From Planctomycetota bacterium (GTDB lineage Bacteria > Planctomycetota > MHYJ01 > WSZJ01): a DNA stretch of 64,000 nucleotides. The notes under the pieces were generated by a model. That model was not told where the DNA came from. It made no database searches and saw only the letters and a list, made by a program, of their open reading frames with translations. Positions 48,714 through 58,732 of this stretch are shown here, in pieces (positions within the stretch are counted from its first letter, which is position 1; every line of letters starts with the position of its first letter). The stretch lies in contig JBBTCT010000001.1 in the NCBI GenBank assembly GCA_038060895.1, positions 192,001 through 256,000 on the forward strand, given 5' to 3'. Made by a program: the position numbers and the translations under genes.

Positions 48714-50261
48714 TCACTTCTTCCAGTGCTTCGCTTCCCTGTCCCACGAATAACTTTCGAGGTCTTTTCCCCACGCATGCCAGGCGGCGGGATCGTCGCC
48801 GATCGGCAGGTCGTCAATGAACGTTCCGAGGCGGGAGCGGACTCCGTGCGGCGTGATATGGCTGGTTGCGAGACATTCCGCGAGCACAGGCCAGGCTTCT
48901 TTCCGTCCGCGGCGCAGGAGGGGCAGGGCGACTTCCAGGCGGACGTACTCGTTCGACGCCTGCAGCCAGGGGAGGATCTTTGCCACCTGCGCGTCGTCGC
49001 CGAGCGCGGCGACGGCCTGGGCCGCGCGGCCGTTGAGCCAGTCGGCGGGGTCGCCGGAAGTGTGCTGGTGGTTCGTGGCGAACTCGAGGGCGAGGGCGGC
49101 GTGGCGGGGCGCGCCGGTTTCGGCGAGCACCCAGAGGGCGGTCGTCCGGAGTTCGATCTCCGTGGTCCCGCGAATCAGTTCGGCGACGGCGTCGCCTGAG
49201 AGTGCCCCGCGGAATTCGAGGGCGAGAACGTTGCCACCCATCGCCTTGAGGACAGGCCGCAGTTCTCCGGCGGTCGCGACCGACTTCGCCGCGGCCAGGA
49301 TCCTGAGGACCTCGACCGGGTGGGCCTCGATGTGTCTCCGGGCGGCCGCCTCCGCCTTCGCGGCGTTCGGGGGGAGGAGCCGAAGAGCTCCCGCGACGGC
49401 GTCCCGGTCGTCACCGTCGAGAGCCGCGATCCAGTTCTCGGGCTTCGCGGTAGAAGAGTAATTCCGGCCGTTCCAGGCGATGCAACCGCGATTCGCGGCG
49501 AGCCACTCGCGGTACGGCGCGGCCTCGTCGGCCTTCGGCGCGAACAGGTCGCGCGTCTTCGCCCCCTCCCCCATCCGCGTCTCAAGCAGCCAGCGCGCCG
49601 CGAACGCCATCCCGTCCACACGCCACTGGTTCAGCGGCGACGGCCATCCTTTTTTCACCTCGCCCTCGAACGCCGCGAGAAGCGCCCGCGCCGCTTCCTC
49701 CGGCTTTCCCGACCGCACCGCGTACCCGCGCCGCGTCAGCCCGTCCAGTACGACCTCCGCCAGCGGCCGCCCGCGCCGCCCCGCGGACCAGCGTTTCCAG
49801 TCCTCCTGCTTCTCACCCGTCAGTCCCTCCAGCCAGGTGCGCGCCGCGAGGTCGAGCGGGATCGGGGTGAAATCGACGAAGCAGCTTCCGCTGTAGAACA
49901 TGTTCGGGACTTCCTCGGTGCGGCCGAGAAGCGCGACCAGCACGGGGATCGCATACGTGTCGAGTGCGAGCAGGTCTTTCTCGCCGCCCAGCTTCGTCGC
50001 GAACTTCTTTACCAGCGCCTCGGCCCGGTCGTTCACCGGCGCGTCGCGACGCCGTTCGATTTCCTGGCGAAGCGTTGCGGCGGCCTCCGGGTCTTTGGCC
50101 TGTTCCGCGAGGTCTTCCAGGTCCCGGGGCGACAGTTCGCGCATTTCCTTCTGCGCCTTTTCGCGGACCTGGGGGTCGTCGGCCCCGAGGCGGTCGAGCA
50201 GTTCGTCCGCGGCGAGCGGCGAGGCGAGGAGCAGGGTCAGCGCGAGGGCGATTCGTCGCAT
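48714..50261 (-). CDS. Secreted HEAT-repeat-like hypothetical protein
   Basis: Signal peptide; LGADDPQVREKAQKEM; C-terminal WDREAKHWKK. Confidence 0.75.
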   Translation of the reverse strand: MRRIALALTLLLASPLAADELLDRLGADDPQVREKAQKEMRELSPRDLEDLAEQAKDPEAAATLRQEIERRRDAPVNDRAEALVKKFATKLGGEKDLLALDTYAIPVLVALLGRTEEVPNMFYSGSCFVDFTPIPLDLAARTWLEGLTGEKQEDWKRWSAGRRGRPLAEVVLDGLTRRGYAVRSGKPEEAARALLAAFEGEVKKGWPSPLNQWRVDGMAFAARWLLETRMGEGAKTRDLFAPKADEAAPYREWLAANRGCIAWNGRNYSSTAKPENWIAALDGDDRDAVAGALRLLPPNAAKAEAAARRHIEAHPVEVLRILAAAKSVATAGELRPVLKAMGGNVLALEFRGALSGDAVAELIRGTTEIELRTTALWVLAETGAPRHAALALEFATNHQHTSGDPADWLNGRAAQAVAALGDDAQVAKILPWLQASNEYVRLEVALPLLRRGRKEAWPVLAECLATSHITPHGVRSRLGTFIDDLPIGDDPAAWHAWGKDLESYSWDREAKHWKK

Positions 50262-50308
50262 ACGCCATTGAAGCGCGGGCCGAGCCCCGAAGTTCATGGA
50301 ATCCGGCG

Positions 50309-51886
50309 TCACTTTTTCGTCCGCCACTGTTTCGTCGCCTCGTCCCAGACGCACGCCGGCGCATCGTCCCGGGCCCATTTCGGCCAGAGATCGTCCCGAA
50401 GGAGTTCGGGGGCGCTGTCGACAAAATCACGGACTTTCGCGCAGCGGCGGCGGTCGAGCAGGTCGCGGCGCGCTCGGTCGACGATCAGGTCGAATCCTGC
50501 GCGACGGCCCTTGCGGGCAAGCGCGATGGCGACGTCGATGCGCTCGTAGTTTTCGGGTGCGAGCTTGAGCCAGTCCTCCGCGAGGTCGAGGCCTGCCGGG
50601 GCGCCTTCCTCGGCGGCGGCGATCGCCGCGGCGCGCGCGACGACGTGGCCCTCGAAACCGTCCTCGGCCTTGTAAGCCTCCAGCAACGAGCGCGCCGCCA
50701 CCCCGGCCGCCTTCGCTTCCACCCGCGCCAGGCAACGGAACGCGCGCTCGCGGTCCTCCGAGTCAGCGGTGCGCTCGAGGGCGAGGTCGGAAAGGTCGGT
50801 CGTATTCGTGACTCTCCGGATCGTGGCGGCATCCGGCTCCTTCCCGAGCGTGCGCAGCACCGCGGGAAGGTGCTCGCGCGGTGAAGGGATCCCCGCCTTC
50901 GCCATCACGCGCAGCACGAGCGAAGGGTTCGCCTCCACGCGGCCCCAGCACTCGGGCGGCACACGGCCCGGCCAGTTCTCCAGTGCGGCCAGTGCCGCGA
51001 GAGCGACGCCTTCTCGCGGGGAGCGCGTCGCCGCGACGAAGTCGTCCGGTCCCGCGTGCGACACGATCCTGCTTCCCTTCCGCCAGAACGTCTTCCCGCA
51101 CGCCTCGATCCAGTCCAGCGCCGCGTCCAGCTCGCCCGCGACAGGGCATCCTTTGAACAGACCGCCCGTGAGCCGCGCGAAGGAATCCACGACCTCCGGA
51201 GTCGCCGGCCGAAGCGGCCGGACGTTCCGGCCCTGCGCGCCCCCGAGCGGGACGCGCCCGGCCAGAAGGAATTCGGCGGCCACCACGTCCGGATCCGCGT
51301 CCCTCACCCGGAACCCGCGCCCCTCCAGCCCCTCGAGACGGATTTCCTCCCAGGACATCCCACGCGTCTTCACCCGGAACGTCTCCCACGCCACCGCGTC
51401 CGGGCCGATTTCCGCCAGCGTGTACGCGCGCAGCCACCGCGTCCCCGCCGCTTCCAGCAGCCGCGGGTCGGGACGGTCCTCCCTGAAGAGGTTGTTCCCT
51501 CGCGTGACCTCCTCCGCAATCCCGTCCGCCCGCCTCAGCCAGCACAGGAAGACCCGCTCCGGCGCCACCTTCCACCCCAGCACGTCGTCCAGCGTCACCT
51601 GGTTCCCCGCCGCTTTCCACGCCCAGTCCTTCGCGTACGCCAGCGGACCCCCTTCTTCGAGAAGCTCGGCGATCTCGAGAAGCGCCGCCCGTGCTTCCGC
51701 GTCTTCCACTTTCTCGGCCGCCGCGCGCAGAGCCGGCGCGATGCGCTCGTCCTGACGAAGAAGCTCTTCGCGCGCTGCGGCCCTGACCTCGGGATCCTCG
51801 GAAGCCAGTCGGTTCGCCAGTCCGGAAAGATCCGGGTCGGCGGCGACGGGCAATGCGAGGGCGATGATGAGCAGGATTGATCGCAT
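50309..51886 (-). CDS. Secreted HEAT-repeat-like protein, paralog of the downstream gene
   Basis: Signal peptide; LASEDPEVRAAAREEL; C-terminal WDEATKQWRTKK. Confidence 0.75.
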   Translation of the reverse strand: MRSILLIIALALPVAADPDLSGLANRLASEDPEVRAAAREELLRQDERIAPALRAAAEKVEDAEARAALLEIAELLEEGGPLAYAKDWAWKAAGNQVTLDDVLGWKVAPERVFLCWLRRADGIAEEVTRGNNLFREDRPDPRLLEAAGTRWLRAYTLAEIGPDAVAWETFRVKTRGMSWEEIRLEGLEGRGFRVRDADPDVVAAEFLLAGRVPLGGAQGRNVRPLRPATPEVVDSFARLTGGLFKGCPVAGELDAALDWIEACGKTFWRKGSRIVSHAGPDDFVAATRSPREGVALAALAALENWPGRVPPECWGRVEANPSLVLRVMAKAGIPSPREHLPAVLRTLGKEPDAATIRRVTNTTDLSDLALERTADSEDRERAFRCLARVEAKAAGVAARSLLEAYKAEDGFEGHVVARAAAIAAAEEGAPAGLDLAEDWLKLAPENYERIDVAIALARKGRRAGFDLIVDRARRDLLDRRRCAKVRDFVDSAPELLRDDLWPKWARDDAPACVWDEATKQWRTKK

Positions 51887-52079
51887 GGATGGTTTCAGAG
51901 CCCCTGCAACAGTCTATCGAGCGATGCGATGCGGACGATGCGGCAAATGCGGGAGCACCGGGCTGTCGTTCGGTGGGCAAGGGCGAGAGCGAGGGAAACA
52001 GCCCGAACCTTTTTTGGGAGGAGATCCATCAATAAACTGTCCCGCTCTTCCGCGGGATTGCTATTCTCCCGCCTGCACA

Positions 52080-52106
52080 GCGTCCCCCTTGGGACGCCGT
52101 TTTTTT
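52080..52106 (+). terminator. Terminator-like hairpin in the leuS leader
   Basis: GCGTCCC-CCTT-GGGACGC-CG-T7, 14 nt before the leuS TTG. Confidence 0.45.
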
Positions 52107-52120
52107 CAACGGACCACAGA

Positions 52121-54724
52121 TTGAACACGACGACCCGCAAATATGAATTCCGTCAGATCGAGGCCCGCTGGCAACAGCAGTGGGACCGGACGGCGCTGTT
52201 TCGCGCGGGGGGACGGCCGGGAAAGCCGAAGTTCTATGCGCTGGTGATGTTCCCGTACCCCTCGGGGACCCTTCACGTCGGCCACGGCCGGAACTACATC
52301 ATCGGCGACGCGCTGGCGCGCTTCAAAATGATGAAGGGCTTCGACGTCCTGACGCCGATGGGGTGGGATGCGTTCGGGCTGCCGGCGGAGAATGCGGCGA
52401 TCGAGGCGGCGCGGAGCGAGGGGGAAGCGGTGCATCCGCGCGAGTACACGCTGCGGAACATCCGCGTGATGAAGAAGCAGATTCACGCGTGGGGGGTCGG
52501 GTACGACTGGGAGCGCGAGATCGCGAGCTGCCACCCCGGGTACTACAAGTGGACGCAGTGGCTGTTCCTGAAGCTGCTGGAGAACAAGCTGGCCTACCGG
52601 AAAATGGCCGCGGTCAACTGGTGTCCCGCGTGCCAGACGGTGCTGGCCAATGAGCAGGTCGAGGAGGACGGGACCTGCGAACGCTGCGGCGCCGCGGTCG
52701 CCCCGAAAAATCTGGAGCAGTGGTACTTCCGCATCACGAAGTACGCCGACCGGCTGCTGGACGACCTCGACAAGCTGGAAGAATGGCCCGAGCGCGTCAC
52801 GATGATGCAGGAAGCGTGGATCGGGCGGACCGAAGGCGCCGACATCGTCTTCCGGCTGGAGACGGGCGACGAGCGGATCAAGGTCTTCACGACGCGGGCG
52901 GACACGCTCTTCGGCGTGTCGTTCGTGGTCCTCGCGCCGGAGCATCCCCTGGTCGCAAAGTGCGCCGCGAAGATGCCCGAGGCGGAGAAGAAGAAACTCA
53001 ACGAGTTCGTGGCGAAGTGCCGCGCGCAGAAATCGATCCAGAGGACGGCGGCGGGGGACAAGGAAGGGATTTCGCTGGGCGTCAACGTGATTCACCCGCT
53101 GACCGGAAAGCCGGTGCCGCTGTGGGCCGCGGACTACGCGCTGATGGACTTCGGCACCGGCGCGGTCATGGGCGTCCCCGCACACGACCAGCGGGATTTC
53201 CTCTTCGCGAAAAAGTACGGCTTTCCGATCAAGGTCGTCATCGCCCCGAAGGGCGGCGCGCTGGACGCGGCGACGATGGAGAAGGCGTTCGAGGACGAGG
53301 GTGTGCAGGTCAACTCGGACGAATTCGACAGCCTGCCGAACAATTTCGGCCGCGCGAAAATCACGCAGGCACTGGAGGCCCGCTCGATGGGCGGCCCGAC
53401 GGTGACCTACCGCCTGCGCGACTGGCTGATTTCGCGCCAGCGCTACTGGGGCGCGCCGATCCCGATCATCTACTGCGCGAACTGCGGCGCCGTCCCGGTG
53501 CCGGAGAGCGAGCTCCCCGTCATCCTGCCGGACACGACCGATTTCAAGCCGAAGGGCCAGTCCCCGTTGGCCGCCGTGGAGAGCTTCGTCAAGACGACCT
53601 GCCCGGTCTGCGAGGACCCGGCGCGCCGTGAGACCGACACGATGGACACGTTCGTGGACTCGGCGTGGTACTTCCTGCGCTACATCTCCCCGCGCTCGGA
53701 GGACAAGGTCTTTGTCAGCGCCGACGTGAACAAATGGCTCCCCGTGGACCAGTACATCGGCGGCGCCGAGCACGCCACAAAACACCTGATCTACTCGCGC
53801 TTCATCACGAAGTTCCTCTATGACATCGAACTGGCAGAGTTCGAGGAGCCATTCTCACGGCTGTTCGCGCAGGGATTGATCTGCGCCGACGCGCACAAGT
53901 GCCCCGAACACGGCTGGGTGCTCGAGACCGAGGTCAAGGACGGGAAACATTCGTGCGGCCAGGACGTGGTGACCGAGCTGCACAAGATGTCGAAGTCCAA
54001 GAAGAACGGGACGGCCCCTGAACCCCTGATCGAACAGTACGGCGCCGATACCGTCCGGCTGTACACCCTCTTCATCGGTCCGCCCGAACGCGACGCCGTC
54101 TGGGCGACCAAGGACATTATCGGCTCGCACCGGTTCCTGTATCGCGTGTGGGAGACGGTCCAGGAAGCGCTTCCTCTGATCCAGGGCATTTCGTCGAAAC
54201 CCGAGAGCCTGCAAGGGCTTGCGGACGAATTCCGTGCCGTTCGTCGAAAGGTCCACCAGACCATCAAGAAGGTCACCGAAGAGATCGAAGGCGGCTTCAA
54301 GTTCAACACGGCGGTCGCTTCGGTGATGGAGCTGGTGAATGAGATGAAGCGAGCCAACTTCCAGGCGGGCGGCCCCGCTGCGGCTTCCGTACTGCGCGAG
54401 GCATGCGAGGCCACGACGCTGCTCCTGGCGCCGTTTGTGCCCCACATGGCAGAAGAACTGTGGGAAATGCTGGGCAGGCCGCCGTCCATCTTCGAGCAGC
54501 CTTGGCCCGTGGTCGACCCTTCAGCCTGCACTGAGAACGAGGTGGAAATCGTCGTGCAGGTCAATGGGAAGGTGCGGAGCCGGGTCACGGTGCCTGCGGG
54601 AACGACGGAAGATCTCCTGAGGCAAGCCGCGCTGGCGGATTCGAGAGTAATCGAAGCGCTGGCCGGTAAAGCGCCGAGGAATGTGATTGTTGTCCCCGGA
54701 CGACTGGTCAACGTGGTCGTCTAG
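52121..54724 (+). CDS. leuS: Leucine--tRNA ligase
   Basis: MFPYPSG.LHVGH, GWDAFGLPAENAA, DWLISRQRYWG, KMSKSK, VVQVNGKVR; TTG start inferred. Confidence 0.96.
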   Translation: MNTTTRKYEFRQIEARWQQQWDRTALFRAGGRPGKPKFYALVMFPYPSGTLHVGHGRNYIIGDALARFKMMKGFDVLTPMGWDAFGLPAENAAIEAARSEGEAVHPREYTLRNIRVMKKQIHAWGVGYDWEREIASCHPGYYKWTQWLFLKLLENKLAYRKMAAVNWCPACQTVLANEQVEEDGTCERCGAAVAPKNLEQWYFRITKYADRLLDDLDKLEEWPERVTMMQEAWIGRTEGADIVFRLETGDERIKVFTTRADTLFGVSFVVLAPEHPLVAKCAAKMPEAEKKKLNEFVAKCRAQKSIQRTAAGDKEGISLGVNVIHPLTGKPVPLWAADYALMDFGTGAVMGVPAHDQRDFLFAKKYGFPIKVVIAPKGGALDAATMEKAFEDEGVQVNSDEFDSLPNNFGRAKITQALEARSMGGPTVTYRLRDWLISRQRYWGAPIPIIYCANCGAVPVPESELPVILPDTTDFKPKGQSPLAAVESFVKTTCPVCEDPARRETDTMDTFVDSAWYFLRYISPRSEDKVFVSADVNKWLPVDQYIGGAEHATKHLIYSRFITKFLYDIELAEFEEPFSRLFAQGLICADAHKCPEHGWVLETEVKDGKHSCGQDVVTELHKMSKSKKNGTAPEPLIEQYGADTVRLYTLFIGPPERDAVWATKDIIGSHRFLYRVWETVQEALPLIQGISSKPESLQGLADEFRAVRRKVHQTIKKVTEEIEGGFKFNTAVASVMELVNEMKRANFQAGGPAAASVLREACEATTLLLAPFVPHMAEELWEMLGRPPSIFEQPWPVVDPSACTENEVEIVVQVNGKVRSRVTVPAGTTEDLLRQAALADSRVIEALAGKAPRNVIVVPGRLVNVVV

Positions 54725-54903
54725 CCCGGGCCACGCCGCAACTCTCGCCGCAAAAAGAAGTTGTGAGAGTTCTGGATTCCGGGAATTCTTCGTCGCAGCC
54801 CTCCGTTCAGTCCCCATTCGCCAGGGGGCTCGTGGAGTTGCTAGAGGGTTTCGGCCGGCCCGTTTACGTATTTCACGGGCGCCGCTTCTGACCCCGTTTC
54901 CGC

Positions 54904-54932
54904 TTGACGCCCCCCTACCCCCCCGCTAGCCT
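54904..54932 (+). promoter_or_regulatory. sigma70-type promoter
   Basis: TTGACG-N17-TAGCCT, about 140 nt upstream of 55074. Confidence 0.6.
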
Positions 54933-55073
54933 TCCCGGTCCCGTTAATCCGGATCCGACCCTAAAGATGTCCGTAACGCTGCTTTCTGCCACATAACCGA
55001 TCCTGAGGGAGCCTGCGGGGATGATCCTCGCGAGCTTCTTCGCCTCAGGGGGAACATTTACAGGAGTCAGTCC

Positions 55074-55793
55074 ATGCGCAAGACGATGGTGATCAGCTCG
55101 CTTATGCTGGCGTTGTGTTCGCTTCAGGTCCGCGCCCAGGCGATGGAAGTCATGGACACCACGATGTCCTACATGGACGTCGGGGCGCTGAAGGGCGGGG
55201 AGTGGGTCGAGATGGAGTCGATCATGGAGTACGGCGGCGCCAAGCAGCCCGCGACCAAGTCCAAGACGGCGTGCGTCAAGGTCGATGGGGACCACGTGTG
55301 GATCGAGACCTCGGCCGCTGACGTGGTGACCTGCTACCAGATCGCCAAGAAGGACCGCAAGATCGTCAAGGCCTGGTCGGGCAAGGCCGGAGAAGAAGGC
55401 AAGGAACTTACCGTGAAGCCGGCACCGGCCCCTGGCGCGACGCCGACCCCCACGTACGAGATGTCCGGGACGCGCAAGGTCTCCAAGGAGAAGCTCACCC
55501 TGGGCGGCAAGGAATTCGACTGCGAAAAGATCGACCAGGAAACGACGATGAAGATGAAGGGCATTCCGGATACGAAGTCGAAGTCGACCATGTGGTTCAG
55601 CGATGGCTACCCCTTCAAGTCCTACGTCGACAAGGACGCGAAAGAAGTGAAGGATCCGACCAAGTGGGAAGGCGACAAGCCGACCTACCCGGGTGGGATG
55701 GTCAAGATGGTGAGCGAGGGGACCGGCTACAGCATGACGCAGCAGGTGTCCGGCATCGGCACCGATGCGAAGCCCAGCCTGAAAATGAAGTAA
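55074..55793 (+). CDS. Secreted hypothetical protein, paralog family member 1
   Basis: AGGAG SD, signal peptide, GEWVE...ACV.VD.D.VWIE...G.DAKP.L. Confidence 0.82.
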   Translation: MRKTMVISSLMLALCSLQVRAQAMEVMDTTMSYMDVGALKGGEWVEMESIMEYGGAKQPATKSKTACVKVDGDHVWIETSAADVVTCYQIAKKDRKIVKAWSGKAGEEGKELTVKPAPAPGATPTPTYEMSGTRKVSKEKLTLGGKEFDCEKIDQETTMKMKGIPDTKSKSTMWFSDGYPFKSYVDKDAKEVKDPTKWEGDKPTYPGGMVKMVSEGTGYSMTQQVSGIGTDAKPSLKMK

Positions 55794-55813
55794 GACCGGA
55801 TGCGATCAACTCG

Positions 55814-55844
55814 ACCCGCCCCCCACGAGGGGGCGGGTTTTTTT
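55814..55844 (+). terminator. Intrinsic terminator
   Basis: ACCCGCCCCC-N5-GGGGGCGGGT + T tract. Confidence 0.82.
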
Positions 55845-55869
55845 GCGCGCGAGTGTGAGGAGTGAAGCC

Positions 55870-56592
55870 ATGCGCAACCTGACGGTGATCAGCTCGATCA
55901 CGCTGGTGCTGTGTTCGCTTCAGGCCAGGGCCCAGGTCACCGAGGTCTTCGACAATGCCTGGTCGGAATGTGACGTCGCTGCGCTCAAAGGCGGCGAGTG
56001 GGTCGAGCTGGAGGCGCTTGTGGAATACCCGGGCATGAGCGTGCCGTCGAAGAAGGCCAGGAACGCCTGCGTCAAAGTCGATGCCGACTACGTGTGGATC
56101 GAGAGCAGCGTCGCCGACCAGGTGACCTGCTACCAGATCGCCAGGAAGGACCGCAGGGTCCTGAAGGCATGGAAGGGGAATGCAGGCGAAGAAGGAAAAG
56201 AACTGACGGTGAAGCCGGCCCCCGTGGAGGGGCCGACGCCCGCAGCCGGAAGTGAGTGCGCCGGCACCGGCAAGATCTCGAAGGAAAAGATCAGTTTCGG
56301 CGGCAAAGATTATGAGTGCGAGAAGGTGGAAGTGGACCAGGTCATGAAGATGAGCGGAATGGAAATCAAATCCAGGACGACCACGTGGTACAGCGACGGT
56401 TACCCCTTCAAATTTTACATCGACCCGGACGCCAAGCCCGCGCCCGCGAAGGACTCCATCAAGTGGGAAGGCGACGGTCCGTCGAAGAAGGGCGGGATTG
56501 TGAAGATGGTGACGGAGACAAATGGCGGCAAGTCAACGACGCAGGTCATCGCGACCGGTACGGATGCAAAGCCGACCCTGAAGTTGAAATGA
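55870..56592 (+). CDS. Secreted hypothetical protein, paralog 2 (close duplicate of 55074)
   Basis: Near-identical signal peptide (VISS..L.LCSLQ.RAQ), VTCYQIA.KDR, WYSDGYPFK. Confidence 0.82.
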   Translation: MRNLTVISSITLVLCSLQARAQVTEVFDNAWSECDVAALKGGEWVELEALVEYPGMSVPSKKARNACVKVDADYVWIESSVADQVTCYQIARKDRRVLKAWKGNAGEEGKELTVKPAPVEGPTPAAGSECAGTGKISKEKISFGGKDYECEKVEVDQVMKMSGMEIKSRTTTWYSDGYPFKFYIDPDAKPAPAKDSIKWEGDGPSKKGGIVKMVTETNGGKSTTQVIATGTDAKPTLKLK

Positions 56593-56653
56593 CTTAGGCT
56601 CAAGCCGAAGGTCTGCTTCGTTCATGGGGTGCCGGTGCGGTAGCATGGCCGGA

Positions 56654-57427
56654 ATGAGAAAGCTGCATTTCCTAGTCGCCCTGCTGGCCGCGATGTGCTC
56701 CGGCGCTTCCCGCGCCGAGGAACCGGCGGCGCCGGCGGTGCATGAAAACGACCTCGCCGACTGGGACATCGCCGCGCTCGCAGCCGGCGACTGGGCGGAG
56801 CACGAACTGGCCGGGCGGTCGGCGCCGGTCACCGCCGGGAACAAGCGGCCTTCGCGGCGGCTGGCGTGCGTGGCAGTCGAGGAAGACCTGGCCTGGGTCG
56901 AAGTCACGATGAAGAACGCCGGCAAGGAGTGGGAAAGCATGGTCCTGTCGCTCGGCGCGCGGAAATCCGACGGCAAGGTCGCGCGGGCCTGCTGGGGACG
57001 ATCCGGCGCGACGGGGACCGAAGTCAAGGTCGGTCCTCCGACCGGCGGTCCCGCCGTCGCCCCGGGCACGCCGAAGCCGACGGTGACGGCCTCGGGGACG
57101 GTGACGAAAGAAAAGGCCAAGGCCGGTTCCACCAGCTACGAATGCGAAAAAATCGAGCTCGAAACCCAGCTCACCAGCTCGTGCTGTGACGAGAAGGCTC
57201 GCATCACCGTCTGGGTCAGCGACAAGGTCGCCTTCCGCGCCCGCGTCGAGGAGAAGGTCAAAGTCAACGGGCTGGAAGCGGAGACGACCTGGAACGGGAA
57301 ACCGACGGTCAGGGGCGGCGTCGTAAAGCGCCAGGTGTCCTCAGGCGGATCTCTCGAAATCATGATGCTGCTGCGAAACGGGACGGACGCGAAGGAAGCG
57401 CTGGCGCGGCCTGAATTCAAGAAGTAA
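56654..57427 (+). CDS. Secreted hypothetical protein, paralog 3
   Basis: DIAALAAGDWAE, RLACVAVEEDLAWVE, YECEKIE, GGVVK, GTDAK. Confidence 0.8.
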   Translation: MRKLHFLVALLAAMCSGASRAEEPAAPAVHENDLADWDIAALAAGDWAEHELAGRSAPVTAGNKRPSRRLACVAVEEDLAWVEVTMKNAGKEWESMVLSLGARKSDGKVARACWGRSGATGTEVKVGPPTGGPAVAPGTPKPTVTASGTVTKEKAKAGSTSYECEKIELETQLTSSCCDEKARITVWVSDKVAFRARVEEKVKVNGLEAETTWNGKPTVRGGVVKRQVSSGGSLEIMMLLRNGTDAKEALARPEFKK

Positions 57428-57435
57428 GCAGGCGC

Positions 57436-58701
57436 CTACTTCAACAGTTCCCGCGCCTCCGCGACTCTCTTCCTCAGGTCGCCGGTCACTGACTCCCCAG
57501 GGAAAGTCAGCAGCTTGCCCCCCGCAGTGACGTTCCCGGCAAGGAATGCCTCGCCGGCCGCAATCCAGCGCCCGAGCGCGGCGCGCGACGCGGCGGATTT
57601 CGGATCTTCCCGGGCGGCCTCGAGAAGCGGCTCGAAAAACTCGAAGAGCTGACCGGCCTGGCCCGGGGCCGCGTATTCGCGGGTCTCGTTCGGCAGCGAT
57701 CTCTCGATCTCCGCACGGACTTCCGGCGGCACGTCCTCGCCGACCTGCGCGCGCTGGCGCTCCTCCGCAGGAAATTCCCAGCGGCCGTCCTTCTCGACGG
57801 CTTCGTCGAACATCGCGCGGATCGCCTCGATGTAGTCCGTGCGCTCCGCGGCATTGCGGTTTTCGCGCGGAAACCGCTCGTGGGCGTGGCCCAGAGTCCA
57901 GACGACTTCCTTCTTCGCGGACCAGTGCTTCATCGCATCCTTGCGAAGCCGCGCGAGGTCCTCCTCCCACGTCGCCTTCATGTGGTACTGGACGTCGATG
58001 TCGTCCTCCGTCGTGGGCTCGATCTTCTCGAATTCCCAGGTGATCATGCCTTCTCGCCGAGCGCCTCCGTGGAGGGGCCGGGCCGACCGGACATGGTCGA
58101 GGGTGAGCGGCTCCTCCGCCCGGAACGTCACGACAGCTTTCCCGATCGGCCCCTTCCAGCGCGACCCCGTCGACAGCAGGTAGGATGCGCGGCGGTACTC
58201 GCTGAACGCGAAGAGTTCAAGCGCGTAACGGACTTTGTGGACGCGTGTCGCGCCGGCGGGGTACTTCGCTTCCCAGACGTACCAGTAGTCGTGGCGGCCC
58301 GTCTCGTCGTACTGGTCGGCCTGCGCCTCGGTCACCGGAACCACCTTGCCCTCGAATCGGTCCACGAGCGTCGGCTCGACCTTCGCCCCGTCGATCTCGA
58401 TCTCGAACCCTTTCATGTTTTTCACGGGCCCGATCGGGAATCCCTCTTCCAACGCAGCGTCGCCGCCCGTGTTTTTCATCTCGAAGGTCGCCTCGACACG
58501 CAGCCGGTCGACCCACGCGTCGCGGTCCGCGCGGCCCAGCGTGAGCGCGACATGCTCCGCGGCCATTTCGACGTCGATCCCCTTCATGTCGCCCGTCGCC
58601 TCGAGCCCCGGAGCTTCGCTGCTCGGTTTGGGGCCGATGTCGGCGCGGGCGGGCAGGGCGGCGACGGCGCCGCAGAGGAGGAGAAAGAGCCGCAGGGTCA
58701 T
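57436..58701 (-). CDS. Secreted DUF4424-like protein
   Basis: Signal peptide; MAAEHV, F.MKN, GFP, YLLSTGSRWKGPIGKA. Confidence 0.68.
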   Translation of the reverse strand: MTLRLFLLLCGAVAALPARADIGPKPSSEAPGLEATGDMKGIDVEMAAEHVALTLGRADRDAWVDRLRVEATFEMKNTGGDAALEEGFPIGPVKNMKGFEIEIDGAKVEPTLVDRFEGKVVPVTEAQADQYDETGRHDYWYVWEAKYPAGATRVHKVRYALELFAFSEYRRASYLLSTGSRWKGPIGKAVVTFRAEEPLTLDHVRSARPLHGGARREGMITWEFEKIEPTTEDDIDVQYHMKATWEEDLARLRKDAMKHWSAKKEVVWTLGHAHERFPRENRNAAERTDYIEAIRAMFDEAVEKDGRWEFPAEERQRAQVGEDVPPEVRAEIERSLPNETREYAAPGQAGQLFEFFEPLLEAAREDPKSAASRAALGRWIAAGEAFLAGNVTAGGKLLTFPGESVTGDLRKRVAEARELLK

Positions 58702-58732
58702 ACCCGGATACTATACCCGTCCCGGAAACCGC

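Noticed and set aside
51887-52120. T-box riboswitch upstream of leuS
   Set aside because: No GGTGGNACC T-box motif or specifier stem-I motifs found
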